From Gammaproteobacteria bacterium (GTDB lineage Bacteria; Pseudomonadota; Gammaproteobacteria; JBCCGL01), in assembly GCA_965277715.1 (NCBI GenBank), contig OZ255836.1, positions 3,168,001 to 3,232,000 of the forward strand: DNA of 64,000 nt. The letters run 5' to 3'. The notes below the pieces were generated by a model that was given only the letters and a program-made list of their open reading frames with translations, ran no database searches and had not been told where the DNA came from. Of the stretch, positions 1-10,000 are shown one piece after another. The translations under genes and the position numbers were made by a program. How positions within the stretch are numbered: position 1 is the stretch's first letter; each line of letters opens with the position of its first letter.

Positions 1-377
1 AAAGGTGAAATTATAACCGACTGGGCAGACGTTACACCTCGTCAATCATCGCTTGTCAGGTATTCCCGCTGATTTAACCCGGAGGTTACTATCCCTGCAC
101 ACAAAGGTGAAAATGCCTGATTCTGGTAATAAAAGGGCGTAACAATAGCCTCTGGGCTAAACCAGTGGGAATGGCTGATTGCCTGTAAGAAAGGTAAAGC
201 CGTGTGCTAAACTTTGCCTTCAGGTTTTAGTCTTAGCGCCCGCTAAACTGTCTTTTCCCGTACCCTGAAAGATGATGTTATCCAGTAGCTAATACGCTGT
301 GTTGGTTTACTGTGCCACATTGATGTAATCCCAATCGCGTACTGTCGCGATAACTATTGAACCTGATAATCACACTG

Positions 378-2138
378 ATGCCAGCTATTTTTAACCACCC
401 TTTGCTACGCCGTTTTTTCCCTTTTATGGTGTGGCTGCCCACGATGAGTCGCGCCGAGCTGCGTTGTGATGTTACCGCCGGATTAACCGGTGCCATTATT
501 GTGCTGCCGCAGGGGGTCGCCTTTGCGACGATTGCCGGTATGCCGCCGGAATACGGGTTGTATGCGGGGATGGTGCCCGCCATTATCGCGGCATTTTTTG
601 GCTCTTCACGGCATTTGGTTTCCGGGCCGACGACGGCCGCATCAATTGTGATGTTCTCTTCGCTCAGTGTGTTAGCCACACCGGGCACTATCGATTATGT
701 CTCGCTGGCACTGACGCTGACCTTTATGGTTGGGGTGATCGAGCTGGTGCTCGGTTTTGCGCGGATGGGTGCGCTGGTGAATTTTATTTCCCACTCGGTC
801 ATTGTCGGCTTTACCGCTGGGGCGGCGATACTGATTGCCAGTAAGCAGTTGAAAAATTTCTTTGGTGTGGAGATTCCACGCGGCGGGCACTTGCACGATA
901 TTGCTGTCAGTTTCTACCAGCAAATAGGGGATATTAATCTCTATGTGACCGCAACGGGTATGGTGACGCTGTTCTCTGGGTTGGCTATCAGGCGATGGCT
1001 GCCACGCGTTCCTTTTATGATCGGTGCGATGGTTGTGGGCAGTGTGTTTGCGGCATTGTTGGGGCTGATCTTTGGTCACGATGTTACGGGAATTAAAACG
1101 GTGGGCGCCCTACCCAATTCACTGCCCCCACTGACGTCACCGAACCTTAATCTCGATGTGATCCGTGAGTTGGCACCAGTGGCATTGGCGATGACATTGT
1201 TTGCGTTGACCGAGGCAGTGTCGATTGGTCGTTCACTGGCGGCGCGCTCGGGCCACCGCATCGATGGTAATCAGGAGTTCTTCGGTCAGGGCTTGTCGAA
1301 TGTGGCGGGCAGTTTTTTTGGTGGTTATGTGGCCACCGGGTCATTTAATCGCAGTGGTTTAAATTTTCAGGCGGGCGCGAAAACGCCGCTGGCGGCGATA
1401 CTCGCCGGGTTTTTGTTGATGATTATCGTGCTGTTGGTCGCGCCCCTGGCGGCCTATTTGCCGAATGCCGCGATGGCGGGGATTTTATTTTTGGTCGCCT
1501 GGGGGTTGATCGATTTTAAAGAGATAAGGCATATTTTACACAGCACCCATAAGGATACCTCGGTGATGGCGGTGACATTTTTTGGCGCGCTCTTTCTGGA
1601 GCTTGAGGTGGCGATACTCGCCGGGGTGATGTTGTCATTGGTGCTGTATTTGATGCGGGTGTCAAAACCGGCGATTTTGCCACTGGCGCCAGACCCTGCG
1701 CAGCCAAAACACGCGCTCTCCAGCGATGAAACCCTGGCGCAATGTCCGCAGTTACGCATTTTGCGTATCGATGGCTCGCCCTTTTTTGGCAATGTGAATT
1801 ACATACAGGAAGAGATGGAGCGTATCGATGCGGCACGGCCTGAGCAAAAGCATTTGGCGGTGATTTCTGAGGGGATTAATTTTGCCGATATATCAGGCTG
1901 CGATGCGCTGGAGAGCGAAGCGCTCAAACGCCGCGCCAACGGCGGCGATTTTTATATGATTAATGTCAAGCCCAAGCTGTGGGCGCCGCTGGCCAAAACC
2001 GGCGCATTACAGACTATTGGTGTCGATCATATCTTTAGTTCAAAGAAAGCCGCTATCGCCGCCATTTATAAAAAACTGGATCGCAGTATTTGCAGTACTT
2101 GCGAGGCCAGGATCTTTAAGGAGTGTAAGGGCTTGTAG
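378..2138 (+). CDS. sulP: SulP/SLC26 family anion (sulfate) permease with C-terminal STAS domain
   Basis: Motifs DVTAGLTGAIIVLPQGVAFA, GLY, FGSSRHLVSGPT, NQEFFGQG and TGSFNRS; STAS-like ILRIDGSPFFGN; many TM segments. ATG 378 chosen over TTG 357. Confidence 0.9.
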   Translation: MPAIFNHPLLRRFFPFMVWLPTMSRAELRCDVTAGLTGAIIVLPQGVAFATIAGMPPEYGLYAGMVPAIIAAFFGSSRHLVSGPTTAASIVMFSSLSVLATPGTIDYVSLALTLTFMVGVIELVLGFARMGALVNFISHSVIVGFTAGAAILIASKQLKNFFGVEIPRGGHLHDIAVSFYQQIGDINLYVTATGMVTLFSGLAIRRWLPRVPFMIGAMVVGSVFAALLGLIFGHDVTGIKTVGALPNSLPPLTSPNLNLDVIRELAPVALAMTLFALTEAVSIGRSLAARSGHRIDGNQEFFGQGLSNVAGSFFGGYVATGSFNRSGLNFQAGAKTPLAAILAGFLLMIIVLLVAPLAAYLPNAAMAGILFLVAWGLIDFKEIRHILHSTHKDTSVMAVTFFGALFLELEVAILAGVMLSLVLYLMRVSKPAILPLAPDPAQPKHALSSDETLAQCPQLRILRIDGSPFFGNVNYIQEEMERIDAARPEQKHLAVISEGINFADISGCDALESEALKRRANGGDFYMINVKPKLWAPLAKTGALQTIGVDHIFSSKKAAIAAIYKKLDRSICSTCEARIFKECKGL

Positions 2139-2156
2139 GGTAGGCCAACTGCCGGA

Positions 2157-2792
2157 CTAAACTAGGCAACTTACCCCGGTGCCGCCCAGCCCACAGTAGC
2201 CCATAGGGTTTTTTGCCAGGTATTGCTGGTGGTATTCTTCGGCGTAATAGAAAGTGGGTGCGTCGATAATCTCGGTGGTTACTGTGTTGTATCCCGCTTC
2301 GCGAATGGCTTTCTGGTAGTGTGTTTTCGATGCCTCGGCGGCGGTTTTTTGCGCTGCGTTGGTAGTGTAAATACCCGAGCGGTATTGTGTACCCCGGTCG
2401 TTGCCCTGGCGCATACCTTGTGTTGGGTCGTGCGATTCCCAAAACACTTTTAACAGTTGGGTGTAGCTAATCTGCTCCGGATCGAATACCACCTGAACCA
2501 CTTCGTTGTGACCGGTCATCCCGGTACAGACTTCATCGTACGTTGGGTTGGGCGTTGAGCCTGCCGCATAACCTACGGCGGTGGAGTGCACACCGGGCAG
2601 TTGCCAGAATTTGCGCTCGGCACCCCAGAAACAACCGAGACCAAAAAGTGCGATTTGCAGCGTATCGGCAAACGGCCCGGCCAGCGAATGACCGTTGACG
2701 TAGTGCCTGGCCGGGACAGGCATGGGCTGATCCCGTCCTGGCAATGCGCTTGATGCGCTTGGCATATCAGTTTTTTTACCGAAAAACCCCAT
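2157..2792 (-). CDS. msrA: Peptide-methionine (S)-S-oxide reductase MsrA
   Basis: GCFWG catalytic motif, [31 protein letters not shown]. Start at MGFFGKK (2792) has an SD-like GGTGG upstream. Confidence 0.95.
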   Translation of the reverse strand: MGFFGKKTDMPSASSALPGRDQPMPVPARHYVNGHSLAGPFADTLQIALFGLGCFWGAERKFWQLPGVHSTAVGYAAGSTPNPTYDEVCTGMTGHNEVVQVVFDPEQISYTQLLKVFWESHDPTQGMRQGNDRGTQYRSGIYTTNAAQKTAAEASKTHYQKAIREAGYNTVTTEIIDAPTFYYAEEYHQQYLAKNPMGYCGLGGTGVSCLV

Positions 2793-2898
2793 TGGACTAC
2801 CACCTGTATTGTGTGTTTTGGATTGCTTGGCTGTGAGCCTGTATTGCCCGAATAGGGCAGACACGAAAGGCCTGCCCCTGTGAAGTTTTCCGGGCCAA

Positions 2899-3483
2899 TT
2901 ACTGGCGAATGCCCTCGATAATCAATTCAACGCTGACATCGCCAACCCAGTCAGGCATACCAAAATCAGATGCTTTGATGGTTATGTAGCCTTCAAAGCC
3001 ACTGCGGTAACCACCCCAGGGGTCTTTTCCCTCACCAATCTGCCTGGTGGCAATGCTGACTTCTTTTGTCACACCGTGCATGGACAGATTGCCTTTGAGC
3101 GTATCGCCATCGGCACCGGCCTGGTAGCCGGTGCTTGTAAAGGTGATTGTGGGGTATTTAGCCACATCAAGGAAGTCCGCGCTGCGCAGGTGTTTGTCGC
3201 GTTCAGCATGATTGGTATCGATGCTTGCCGCGTTGATAACAACGCTGATTTTTGAATCCTCCGGGTTGTCGGGATCGTGGCTGAACTTACCATCAAAATC
3301 GTTGAATCTGCCGACATTGTAAGAATAGCCGAGGTGGCTCGCTTTGAAGGTGATAAAGGCGTGCTGTCCTTTTTTGTCGATGATGTAATCGGCGGCGATT
3401 GCTTGGGTGGTGATTGCCTGGGCGGATATCAGCAGGCCTGCGCCAACCAGCGTACCGAGTAATTGTTTTACTTTCATTGTCAT
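2899..3483 (-). CDS. yceI: YceI family periplasmic lipid/polyisoprenoid-binding protein
   Basis: Signal peptide; [29 protein letters not shown]; [14 protein letters not shown]. Confidence 0.93.
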   Translation of the reverse strand: MTMKVKQLLGTLVGAGLLISAQAITTQAIAADYIIDKKGQHAFITFKASHLGYSYNVGRFNDFDGKFSHDPDNPEDSKISVVINAASIDTNHAERDKHLRSADFLDVAKYPTITFTSTGYQAGADGDTLKGNLSMHGVTKEVSIATRQIGEGKDPWGGYRSGFEGYITIKASDFGMPDWVGDVSVELIIEGIRQ

Positions 3484-3507
3484 GACTCCACTGTGGTGAT
3501 GATTGTG

Positions 3508-4059
3508 TTACTTGGGTAAGGCCATGCCCAGCATCCTGCGAAGGGTGTGGTCTTTGTTTATAAAATGGTGCTTCAATGCGGCGGCGGCGTGTAGTACCAC
3601 CAACCCGATTAGTGTGTAGGCGAGGTATTCGTGAAACATCCCGGCTATATCTTCCTGCTGTGGAATGCTGGTGATGGTGGCCGCCACGTCAAACCAGTTG
3701 AATACTGAAATGCTGGAACCATCGGCGGTGGAGATCAGATAGCCACTGATTACGATCATTGTCATTAGACAATACAGACCAAGGTGGGCGAGTGTTGCGC
3801 CAATATGTTCAAAGCGCGATGTGCCTGCCAGCGGTTCGGGGCTTGGGTTAATCCATTTCCAGATTATCCGGATGCATAACAACATCGCCAATAGTATACC
3901 AACGCTTTTGTGGATAAAGGGCAGGGTTTTGTAGAGCGAGTCGTAGTAAGTCAGTTCGACCATGTACCAGCCCAGTGAAAACAGGCCAATAATGACCAGT
4001 GCCATTATCCAGTGCAGTAAAACGGCAACAATGCCAAATCGGTCATGGGTGTTAAACAT
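3508..4059 (-). CDS. yceJ: Cytochrome b561 (YceJ-like)
   Basis: LHW, HKSVG, LAHLGLY and LHAAAALKHHF heme-ligand histidines; TLRRML end; canonical position upstream of yceI. Confidence 0.88.
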   Translation of the reverse strand: MFNTHDRFGIVAVLLHWIMALVIIGLFSLGWYMVELTYYDSLYKTLPFIHKSVGILLAMLLCIRIIWKWINPSPEPLAGTSRFEHIGATLAHLGLYCLMTMIVISGYLISTADGSSISVFNWFDVAATITSIPQQEDIAGMFHEYLAYTLIGLVVLHAAAALKHHFINKDHTLRRMLGMALPK

Positions 4060-4360
4060 TTTAGTTTTTCACAGCGTGCGCGCTATATATAGAAGACCTC
4101 AGACGTGTGGACACGATCAAAAGTTCCTGGCAAAAGTACTTAGCAGTTTATTGTATCGGCTTTTAATGGGGTGTTAGCTTATAAAAAGACAGGGGCACCC
4201 CAAGAGGCATGGATAGGTTATTTATAGCAAATAGTAGGGTTTCGACTATATTTTGTCTCAATGCTTATATTTATTAAGAGGTGAGACAGAAAGATAAATT
4301 CAGTGGAGTGCTATTGCTTTCGCTCCAGCGGCAGGCACTTTAATTTTATGAGGTTCCGAT

Positions 4361-5377
4361 ATGTTTGAGTACAACTTAACGGCAAAGCGAATACCTGTGT
4401 GGTTGATTGCGATTCAGTTTCTGATCGGTGTATTGCTGATAATAGTGGGGTTTATGCGTCCGGTTTCAGCAGTACAGCCAAAGTGTTTGTATGTCTCCTC
4501 TTACCACCAGGGTTACGCCTGGTCTGATGGGGTGGAGCGCGGTCTGCGCCAAACATTGGATGGGCGTTGTGAGTTGCGTCAATTTGATATGGATACCAAG
4601 CGCAAAAAATCCATTTATGATAAGAGGCAGGCGTCTAACCAGGCGCGTGAAATTATCGAATCATGGCGTCCGGATGTGGTGATCACCTCGGACGACAACG
4701 CGGCAAAATTCCTGATTTTGCCCTATTATAAAGATAACGATATGCCTTTTGTCTTTAGCGGTATCAACTGGTCTATCAAGGAATATAAGCTACCCTTCTC
4801 AAATACCACCGGCATTATAGAGGTGGCGCCGATAGAGCCTATGTTGGCGCGGGCCGCGAAAATTTCAGGTGGTGTTCGGGCGGTGTACCTCGGCGCGAAA
4901 ACGCTCACTGAGGAGAAAAATTTTACACGTGTCAGGGGTGCGGCTGATACGCTCGGTTTTGATATTACCGCCGTACTGGTATCGACTATGCAACAATGGA
5001 TTGATGCCTATCGAAATGAAAGTCACATCGATTTTGTCATTATGGGCAGCAGTTCGGGTATTGATGACTGGGATGAAACGGTTGTTGTTAATGCGATTCA
5101 GGATATCCCATCAAAGCTTACTGTAACCAATCATGTGTGGATGATGCCGTTTACGATGCTGGGGTATACAAAAGTACCTGAAGAGCACGGTGATTGGGCG
5201 GGTAAAGCGGCACTGGCGATTCTCTCTGGCACCCGGCCAAATCAGATACCCGTTGCCACCAATCGAAAGTGGGATTTGTGGGTAAACGATGTATTGATCA
5301 CATCCAGTAATGTTGAATTGGAGCGATCCTTATATAGGAAAGCAAAGAAGTATAAATCAGAGGTACCGGTTGACTAA
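4361..5377 (+). CDS. Periplasmic ABC-type substrate-binding-like protein (sensor partner)
   Basis: N-terminal hydrophobic anchor/signal; motifs LYVSSYHQGYAWSDG, DMDTKR, PDVVITSDDNA, PFVFSGIN, TTGIIE; overlaps the downstream c-di-GMP enzyme gene. Confidence 0.7.
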   Translation: MFEYNLTAKRIPVWLIAIQFLIGVLLIIVGFMRPVSAVQPKCLYVSSYHQGYAWSDGVERGLRQTLDGRCELRQFDMDTKRKKSIYDKRQASNQAREIIESWRPDVVITSDDNAAKFLILPYYKDNDMPFVFSGINWSIKEYKLPFSNTTGIIEVAPIEPMLARAAKISGGVRAVYLGAKTLTEEKNFTRVRGAADTLGFDITAVLVSTMQQWIDAYRNESHIDFVIMGSSSGIDDWDETVVVNAIQDIPSKLTVTNHVWMMPFTMLGYTKVPEEHGDWAGKAALAILSGTRPNQIPVATNRKWDLWVNDVLITSSNVELERSLYRKAKKYKSEVPVD

Positions 5378-8156
5378 AAAATCACATAAGGTTTTTACCA
5401 TCAGTCAAACGGCGGCAGTCGCTGTGGTTTGTATGTTTATTTTGTTGATAAATGGTGTATTGACAGTATTTTTGCAGCGTGTGTATAACCAGCAGGATTT
5501 TGAAGAAGATGCACAGGCGCTATACCAGAATGTCAGCCATATTGTTGGTACGAGTGAGGGCGTCATCTCCACGCTGACAGGCGTTCACCAAACCAATGAA
5601 CAATTGGAGCGCTCTGAACTCGCGGCGATTACGCAGCAGCTATTTGAAACCTACCCGTTTATTTCCCAAATTGTAAAATTTCAAATTGTATACCTGGAGG
5701 AGCGCGATGAGTTTGAAGTATCGATGGCTTCACAGGGATATTACAACTTTCACATTAGAGCGATGAACGGCGCATCGGGAGCGTTTATTCCCCAGGAGAT
5801 CGCCGATCAGTATGCACCGGTAACGCATGTCGAGCCAAATGATCCGCTTGCTGCACGCATTGTCGGTGTGGATTTGTTCGCGCAAAATGAATTTGTTGAG
5901 ACCTTGGATGAAGCGATTGAAACAAACTCAGCAGCACTGATGATTCGACCTGGTTACCTGGGTGGTGATTTTACCTTATCTGTCGTCCGTCCAACGTATT
6001 TTGGCCACTATGTGCCCGGTAATGTTGCCGATCGTATAAGCCAGTTGGAAGGTGGTTTTATCGCTATCACCAATATGCAGACAGTTATCGAGCCGCTGGT
6101 TAAGGTAATGGGTTTTTCCGCTATGGATATCAGGCTGGGTACACCGGCAAAACAGGGTGTTATTAACACCCTTGTCTATCAATTTGCACAGCAATCAGCA
6201 ACACAATACCCGCAGTTAACACTGTTTGCCCCGTTTAAATGGCAGACGATGCTGCCGGTTGGGGAGCGTTTTCTCACGGTCAGTATTGAGCGTGGTTTTA
6301 GGTTGTCCAGTCTTCAGCTGGTTATTCTATGGCTTGTTATCGGTGTGACACTATCGCTGCAATGGGTCTTGATACGGGCCTGGTTCACGTGGCGAACATC
6401 GGAAATAGAGAGCTCTATTGCCAAGGAAACGGTGTACCGGGAGCGCGAACGTGCCGAAGTAACGCTGCAATCGATCGGTGATGCGGTAATTACAACAGAC
6501 CATAATGACCGCATTGTCTACTTAAACCCCATTGCTGAAAAGATGACCGGCAGCGCGCTAAGTGATGTGCGCGATAATTTGCTCAATGATGTCGTGGTGT
6601 TATACAGCGAAGAGCAGGGGGGAACGGTCTGTATGGCAGGTAAAATGGGTGATATGGAAACAACCAACCAGACGGATTACCTATTGCAGGGGAGTGATGA
6701 TACGTCAACGGCGGTAAAAGTGTCGTTGTCGCCACTGCACAACAGTCAATCAGAAATTATCGGGAAAGTGATAGTATTGCACGATATGAGTACCGTTAGG
6801 GAGTTGACCAATCAGCTTTCCTACCAGGCGACACATGACCCACTCACCGGGATAGCCAACCGGCGTTTTTTTGAAGAAAAACTGACACAGCTGATTAACC
6901 TGTCAGCGCAAAACGGCAGTGTACATGCGCTTTGTTACATTGATCTGGATCAGTTTAAATTAGTCAATGACACCTGTGGGCATACAGCGGGTGATGAGCT
7001 ACTGATTCAGCTCACGGGGCTGTTTAAGCAGCAAATCCGGGAGAATGACACTCTGGCACGGCTGGGTGGTGATGAGTTTGGTTTATTGTTGGAAAGTTGT
7101 GATACCTCACTTGCCGATGATTTGGCGCACCGTATCCGCTCTGCCCTGCATGCATTCTCCTTCAATTATAAAGATAAGGTATTTAATGTCAGAGCAAGTA
7201 TTGGTGTCGTGGAAATATCCAGGCAAAGTGGCGAGTTGGCCAATGTCCTGAGTGCGGCTGATATCGCCTGTTATTCCGCCAAGGATGCCGGTCGTGACGA
7301 AGTGCGTATCTACAATCCCAGTGATAAAGATACCATTTCCCGGCAAGGCGAGATGCGTTGGTTACCTTTTGTTCAATCGGCGTTGGCGAATGATGATTTT
7401 GTACTCTTTTTGCAGCCTATTGTGGCGTTGAGGGGGCGCAGTGAAAGTACCCGCTACGAAGTGTTATTGAGGATGGTGAGTGAAACGGGTGAGCTGATCC
7501 TGCCCGGTAAGTTTATTCCCGCCGCAGAGCGCTATGGGTTAATGAAAGAAATCGATCACTGGGTAATTGAGCACACGATAAAACGGCTGGGTACACACCT
7601 GGGCAGTGATGCCAATGCATCGCCACAAGTACAATTTTCCATTAATTTATCCGGTCAGTCGATTACAGATTTAAAGATTATCGATCATATCAACCAGGCA
7701 CTTGAGCGATACGCCGTGAACCCGGCGCTTGTGTGTTTTGAGATTACTGAAACAGCGGCGATTACCAATCTATCAGTCGCCGTTGAACTGATTAACACCT
7801 TAAAGGCGACCGGTTGCTGTTTCTCACTCGACGACTTTGGGACGGGTTTGAGTTCCTTTGCTTATCTGAAGCGTTTGCCCATTGATTATCTAAAAATCGA
7901 TGGCCAGTTTGTCAAAGGTATTGTCGATAGCCAATTTGATCAGGCGATGATCAAGTCAATGTGTGAAATTGCCAAGGTGTTTAATATAAAAATTATCGCT
8001 GAGCTGGTTGATAACCTGGAGGTAGCAAAAAAACTTGAAGCAGTGGGGGTGGATTTTGCACAAGGGTATTACTATGGATACCCCAGCCCGGCAGACGAGG
8101 TTTTACAACTTATCGAAACAGCAGGCTCGCCCCACTCAAAATCAGCAGGCCACTGA
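5370..8156 (+). CDS. Membrane-bound CHASE-PAS-GGDEF-EAL diguanylate cyclase/phosphodiesterase
   Basis: Two TM segments flank a CHASE-like region; PAS (TLQSIGDAVITTD); HDPLTGIANRR; RENDTLARLGGDEF (RxxD I-site plus intact GGDEF); EVLLR, FEITET, LDDFGTG, LKIDG. TTG 5370 with GAGGT SD preferred over ATG 5310. Confidence 0.9.
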   Translation: MTKKSHKVFTISQTAAVAVVCMFILLINGVLTVFLQRVYNQQDFEEDAQALYQNVSHIVGTSEGVISTLTGVHQTNEQLERSELAAITQQLFETYPFISQIVKFQIVYLEERDEFEVSMASQGYYNFHIRAMNGASGAFIPQEIADQYAPVTHVEPNDPLAARIVGVDLFAQNEFVETLDEAIETNSAALMIRPGYLGGDFTLSVVRPTYFGHYVPGNVADRISQLEGGFIAITNMQTVIEPLVKVMGFSAMDIRLGTPAKQGVINTLVYQFAQQSATQYPQLTLFAPFKWQTMLPVGERFLTVSIERGFRLSSLQLVILWLVIGVTLSLQWVLIRAWFTWRTSEIESSIAKETVYRERERAEVTLQSIGDAVITTDHNDRIVYLNPIAEKMTGSALSDVRDNLLNDVVVLYSEEQGGTVCMAGKMGDMETTNQTDYLLQGSDDTSTAVKVSLSPLHNSQSEIIGKVIVLHDMSTVRELTNQLSYQATHDPLTGIANRRFFEEKLTQLINLSAQNGSVHALCYIDLDQFKLVNDTCGHTAGDELLIQLTGLFKQQIRENDTLARLGGDEFGLLLESCDTSLADDLAHRIRSALHAFSFNYKDKVFNVRASIGVVEISRQSGELANVLSAADIACYSAKDAGRDEVRIYNPSDKDTISRQGEMRWLPFVQSALANDDFVLFLQPIVALRGRSESTRYEVLLRMVSETGELILPGKFIPAAERYGLMKEIDHWVIEHTIKRLGTHLGSDANASPQVQFSINLSGQSITDLKIIDHINQALERYAVNPALVCFEITETAAITNLSVAVELINTLKATGCCFSLDDFGTGLSSFAYLKRLPIDYLKIDGQFVKGIVDSQFDQAMIKSMCEIAKVFNIKIIAELVDNLEVAKKLEAVGVDFAQGYYYGYPSPADEVLQLIETAGSPHSKSAGH

Positions 8157-8829
8157 TCAACCGTTTGTAGCTTAGCGATGAAATGCTGAGGTGCATCCTG
8201 CCACCGATATACAGGCCCAAACCGGCAATCGGTAAAAGCCACAGCAGTTCTATTGCCTCTTTACTCAGATAAAACCCTGCCAACAGAAACCCCGCGATGC
8301 GCAGACTGCCATCGACCACAAAATACGCCGCAAATGTAGGACGAAATGCCTCTTTTGTCAGCCCCCGGAACAGAAAATAGGTGACATAAAATGGCCCACC
8401 TGTACCGAACACCGTGCCCACACTGCCGCCCAGAAACCCAGAGGGGATTGCATACAGCCGGGATCCTTTATGGGTCGCTGCGGGCAGGAGTTGATAGATG
8501 GCAAAAGCAATAACAAATCCACCGAGGAGTTTCAGTAATAGCCCTGCATCGACCGTGTGTAGAACGAACAGCCCCAGCAGCACACCGACGAGGGTAAAGG
8601 GCAGCAATACCGCCAGCTCCCCCCATGCGATATGTTGGCGGTTATTGATTCCCTGAGACAGTGAGCCAAGGTAATCCATTAACACAACAATAGGCACAAC
8701 AGCCTCAAGAGGGTAGTTAAAAACCAGCAGAGGCACAGTAATCAGTGCAGAACCGAAACCGGCTATCCCTCGGACAAAGTAGGCGAAAAGCACCACCAGA
8801 AAAGGCAACACTGCACTGAGAAATTCCAT
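8110..8829 (-). CDS. Sulfite exporter TauE/SafE family membrane protein
   Basis: About 240 aa, ~8 TM segments, RGIAGFGSAL and FGTGGP motifs. Confidence 0.85.
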   Translation of the reverse strand: MEFLSAVLPFLVVLFAYFVRGIAGFGSALITVPLLVFNYPLEAVVPIVVLMDYLGSLSQGINNRQHIAWGELAVLLPFTLVGVLLGLFVLHTVDAGLLLKLLGGFVIAFAIYQLLPAATHKGSRLYAIPSGFLGGSVGTVFGTGGPFYVTYFLFRGLTKEAFRPTFAAYFVVDGSLRIAGFLLAGFYLSKEAIELLWLLPIAGLGLYIGGRMHLSISSLSYKRLISGLLILSGASLLFR

Positions 8830-8998
8830 AATCCACCTGTTGTCATAAACGATTACAAGTGGCTGATTCTACCTGGGGAAAACGAATCAAAGAAGCTATA
8901 TCTTATTGAAAATATTAGAAATTATGCCATATAAATGGCGTCAAATTAATAGCGTACAGCACAATAATTTGACGCTTTATCTGTTTATTTTTACGATA

Positions 8999-9042
8999 CA
9001 GGCACTTCCGGGCGTCAATTAATTAACGCCTGGAAGTGCCTG
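8999..9042. terminator. Inverted repeat, probable terminator downstream of the FAH-family gene
   Basis: CAGGCACTTCCGGGCGT...ACGCCTGGAAGTGCCTG hairpin about 20 bp after the stop at 9063. Confidence 0.55.
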
Positions 9043-9062
9043 CCGGGTACGGGTAATACTGC

Positions 9063-9833
9063 CTAACCGGGAAACGGATTGCCCAACACACCGAGCCCTT
9101 CAATAATCACCTCGACAACAGCATTTTCCGGCATCCCCCGTGCACCTACCGAAGTGCCACAGGCGATAACGTCACCGGGCAATAACAGCATATCCCGTGA
9201 GATTGCACTGACGATCTGGCGGGGTGAAAAAATCATATCGGCAACCGGGTAGTCCTGTAGTGTTTCACCGTTAACCTTGGCGATAACGCGTGCTTCGTCC
9301 GGGTTGAAATTATCGACAATCATCGGCCCCACGGCACCGAAAGTAGGGCAGCTCTTGGCGCGTGTCCACTGTGTGAATGAGGCGTCGGCGCGCAACCAGC
9401 CACGCGCTGTCAGGTCGTTTACGCAGGTATAACCAAAAATATAATCATCGACACGCTGTTCGTCGACCTGATAACAGCGCTGCCCGATAACCACGCCCAA
9501 CTCTGCTTCAAAGACCACATCGCCATCATAGCCCGCTGGCCTGAGAACAGTGCCACCTGCGGGTAACAAGCAGCTACTGGTTTTAGTGAAATATAAAGGG
9601 TGGGCCGGTATATCGAGTTTTTCCTTCTCTGCGCGTTCGTAAAAATTATTCCACAGCGCAATAAAGTTTTTGGGTGAAACAGGGGTTAATAACCGCACGG
9701 CCTCCAGCGGCACTTCATCATCTGTTGATACCGGCGAGGAAAACAGATTGCCACGGAATATTTCAATAGTAGTGCCTTGCAGTTGACCTATACGTATTTT
9801 ATCTTCGTGCTCAAAACGAACCCAGTTAGCCAT
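9063..9833 (-). CDS. Fumarylacetoacetate hydrolase family protein
   Basis: FEAELGVVIG, GYTCVNDLTAR, WTRAKS, PGDVIACGT motifs. Confidence 0.9.
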   Translation of the reverse strand: MANWVRFEHEDKIRIGQLQGTTIEIFRGNLFSSPVSTDDEVPLEAVRLLTPVSPKNFIALWNNFYERAEKEKLDIPAHPLYFTKTSSCLLPAGGTVLRPAGYDGDVVFEAELGVVIGQRCYQVDEQRVDDYIFGYTCVNDLTARGWLRADASFTQWTRAKSCPTFGAVGPMIVDNFNPDEARVIAKVNGETLQDYPVADMIFSPRQIVSAISRDMLLLPGDVIACGTSVGARGMPENAVVEVIIEGLGVLGNPFPG

Positions 9834-9961
9834 ATCGACTCCTAAACAGTTGGTGTTTCAGGGGGTGTCAAGCTAAACAATTATTGTGAGGTCTGTCGAT
9901 AGTTTTCAGTGTATTTTTCCTACATTGTGCATTCTTTCTGTTTATCCACGGAGGTTGACCC

Positions 9962-9975
9962 TATAATGCGCGCCC
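9962..9975 (+). promoter_or_regulatory. Sigma70 -10 box with GC-rich discriminator upstream of typA
   Basis: TATAAT at 9962-9967 followed by GCGCGCC, typical of stringently controlled promoters; no clear -35 seen. Confidence 0.45.
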
Positions 9976-10000
9976 TTTGCACGCTTTAGAGATAAACCCG

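Noticed and set aside
1-260. Possible gene end or regulatory RNA upstream of sulP
   Set aside because: Only a 23-codon open stretch (to TGA at 70-72) and no recognisable riboswitch or structure; insufficient evidence
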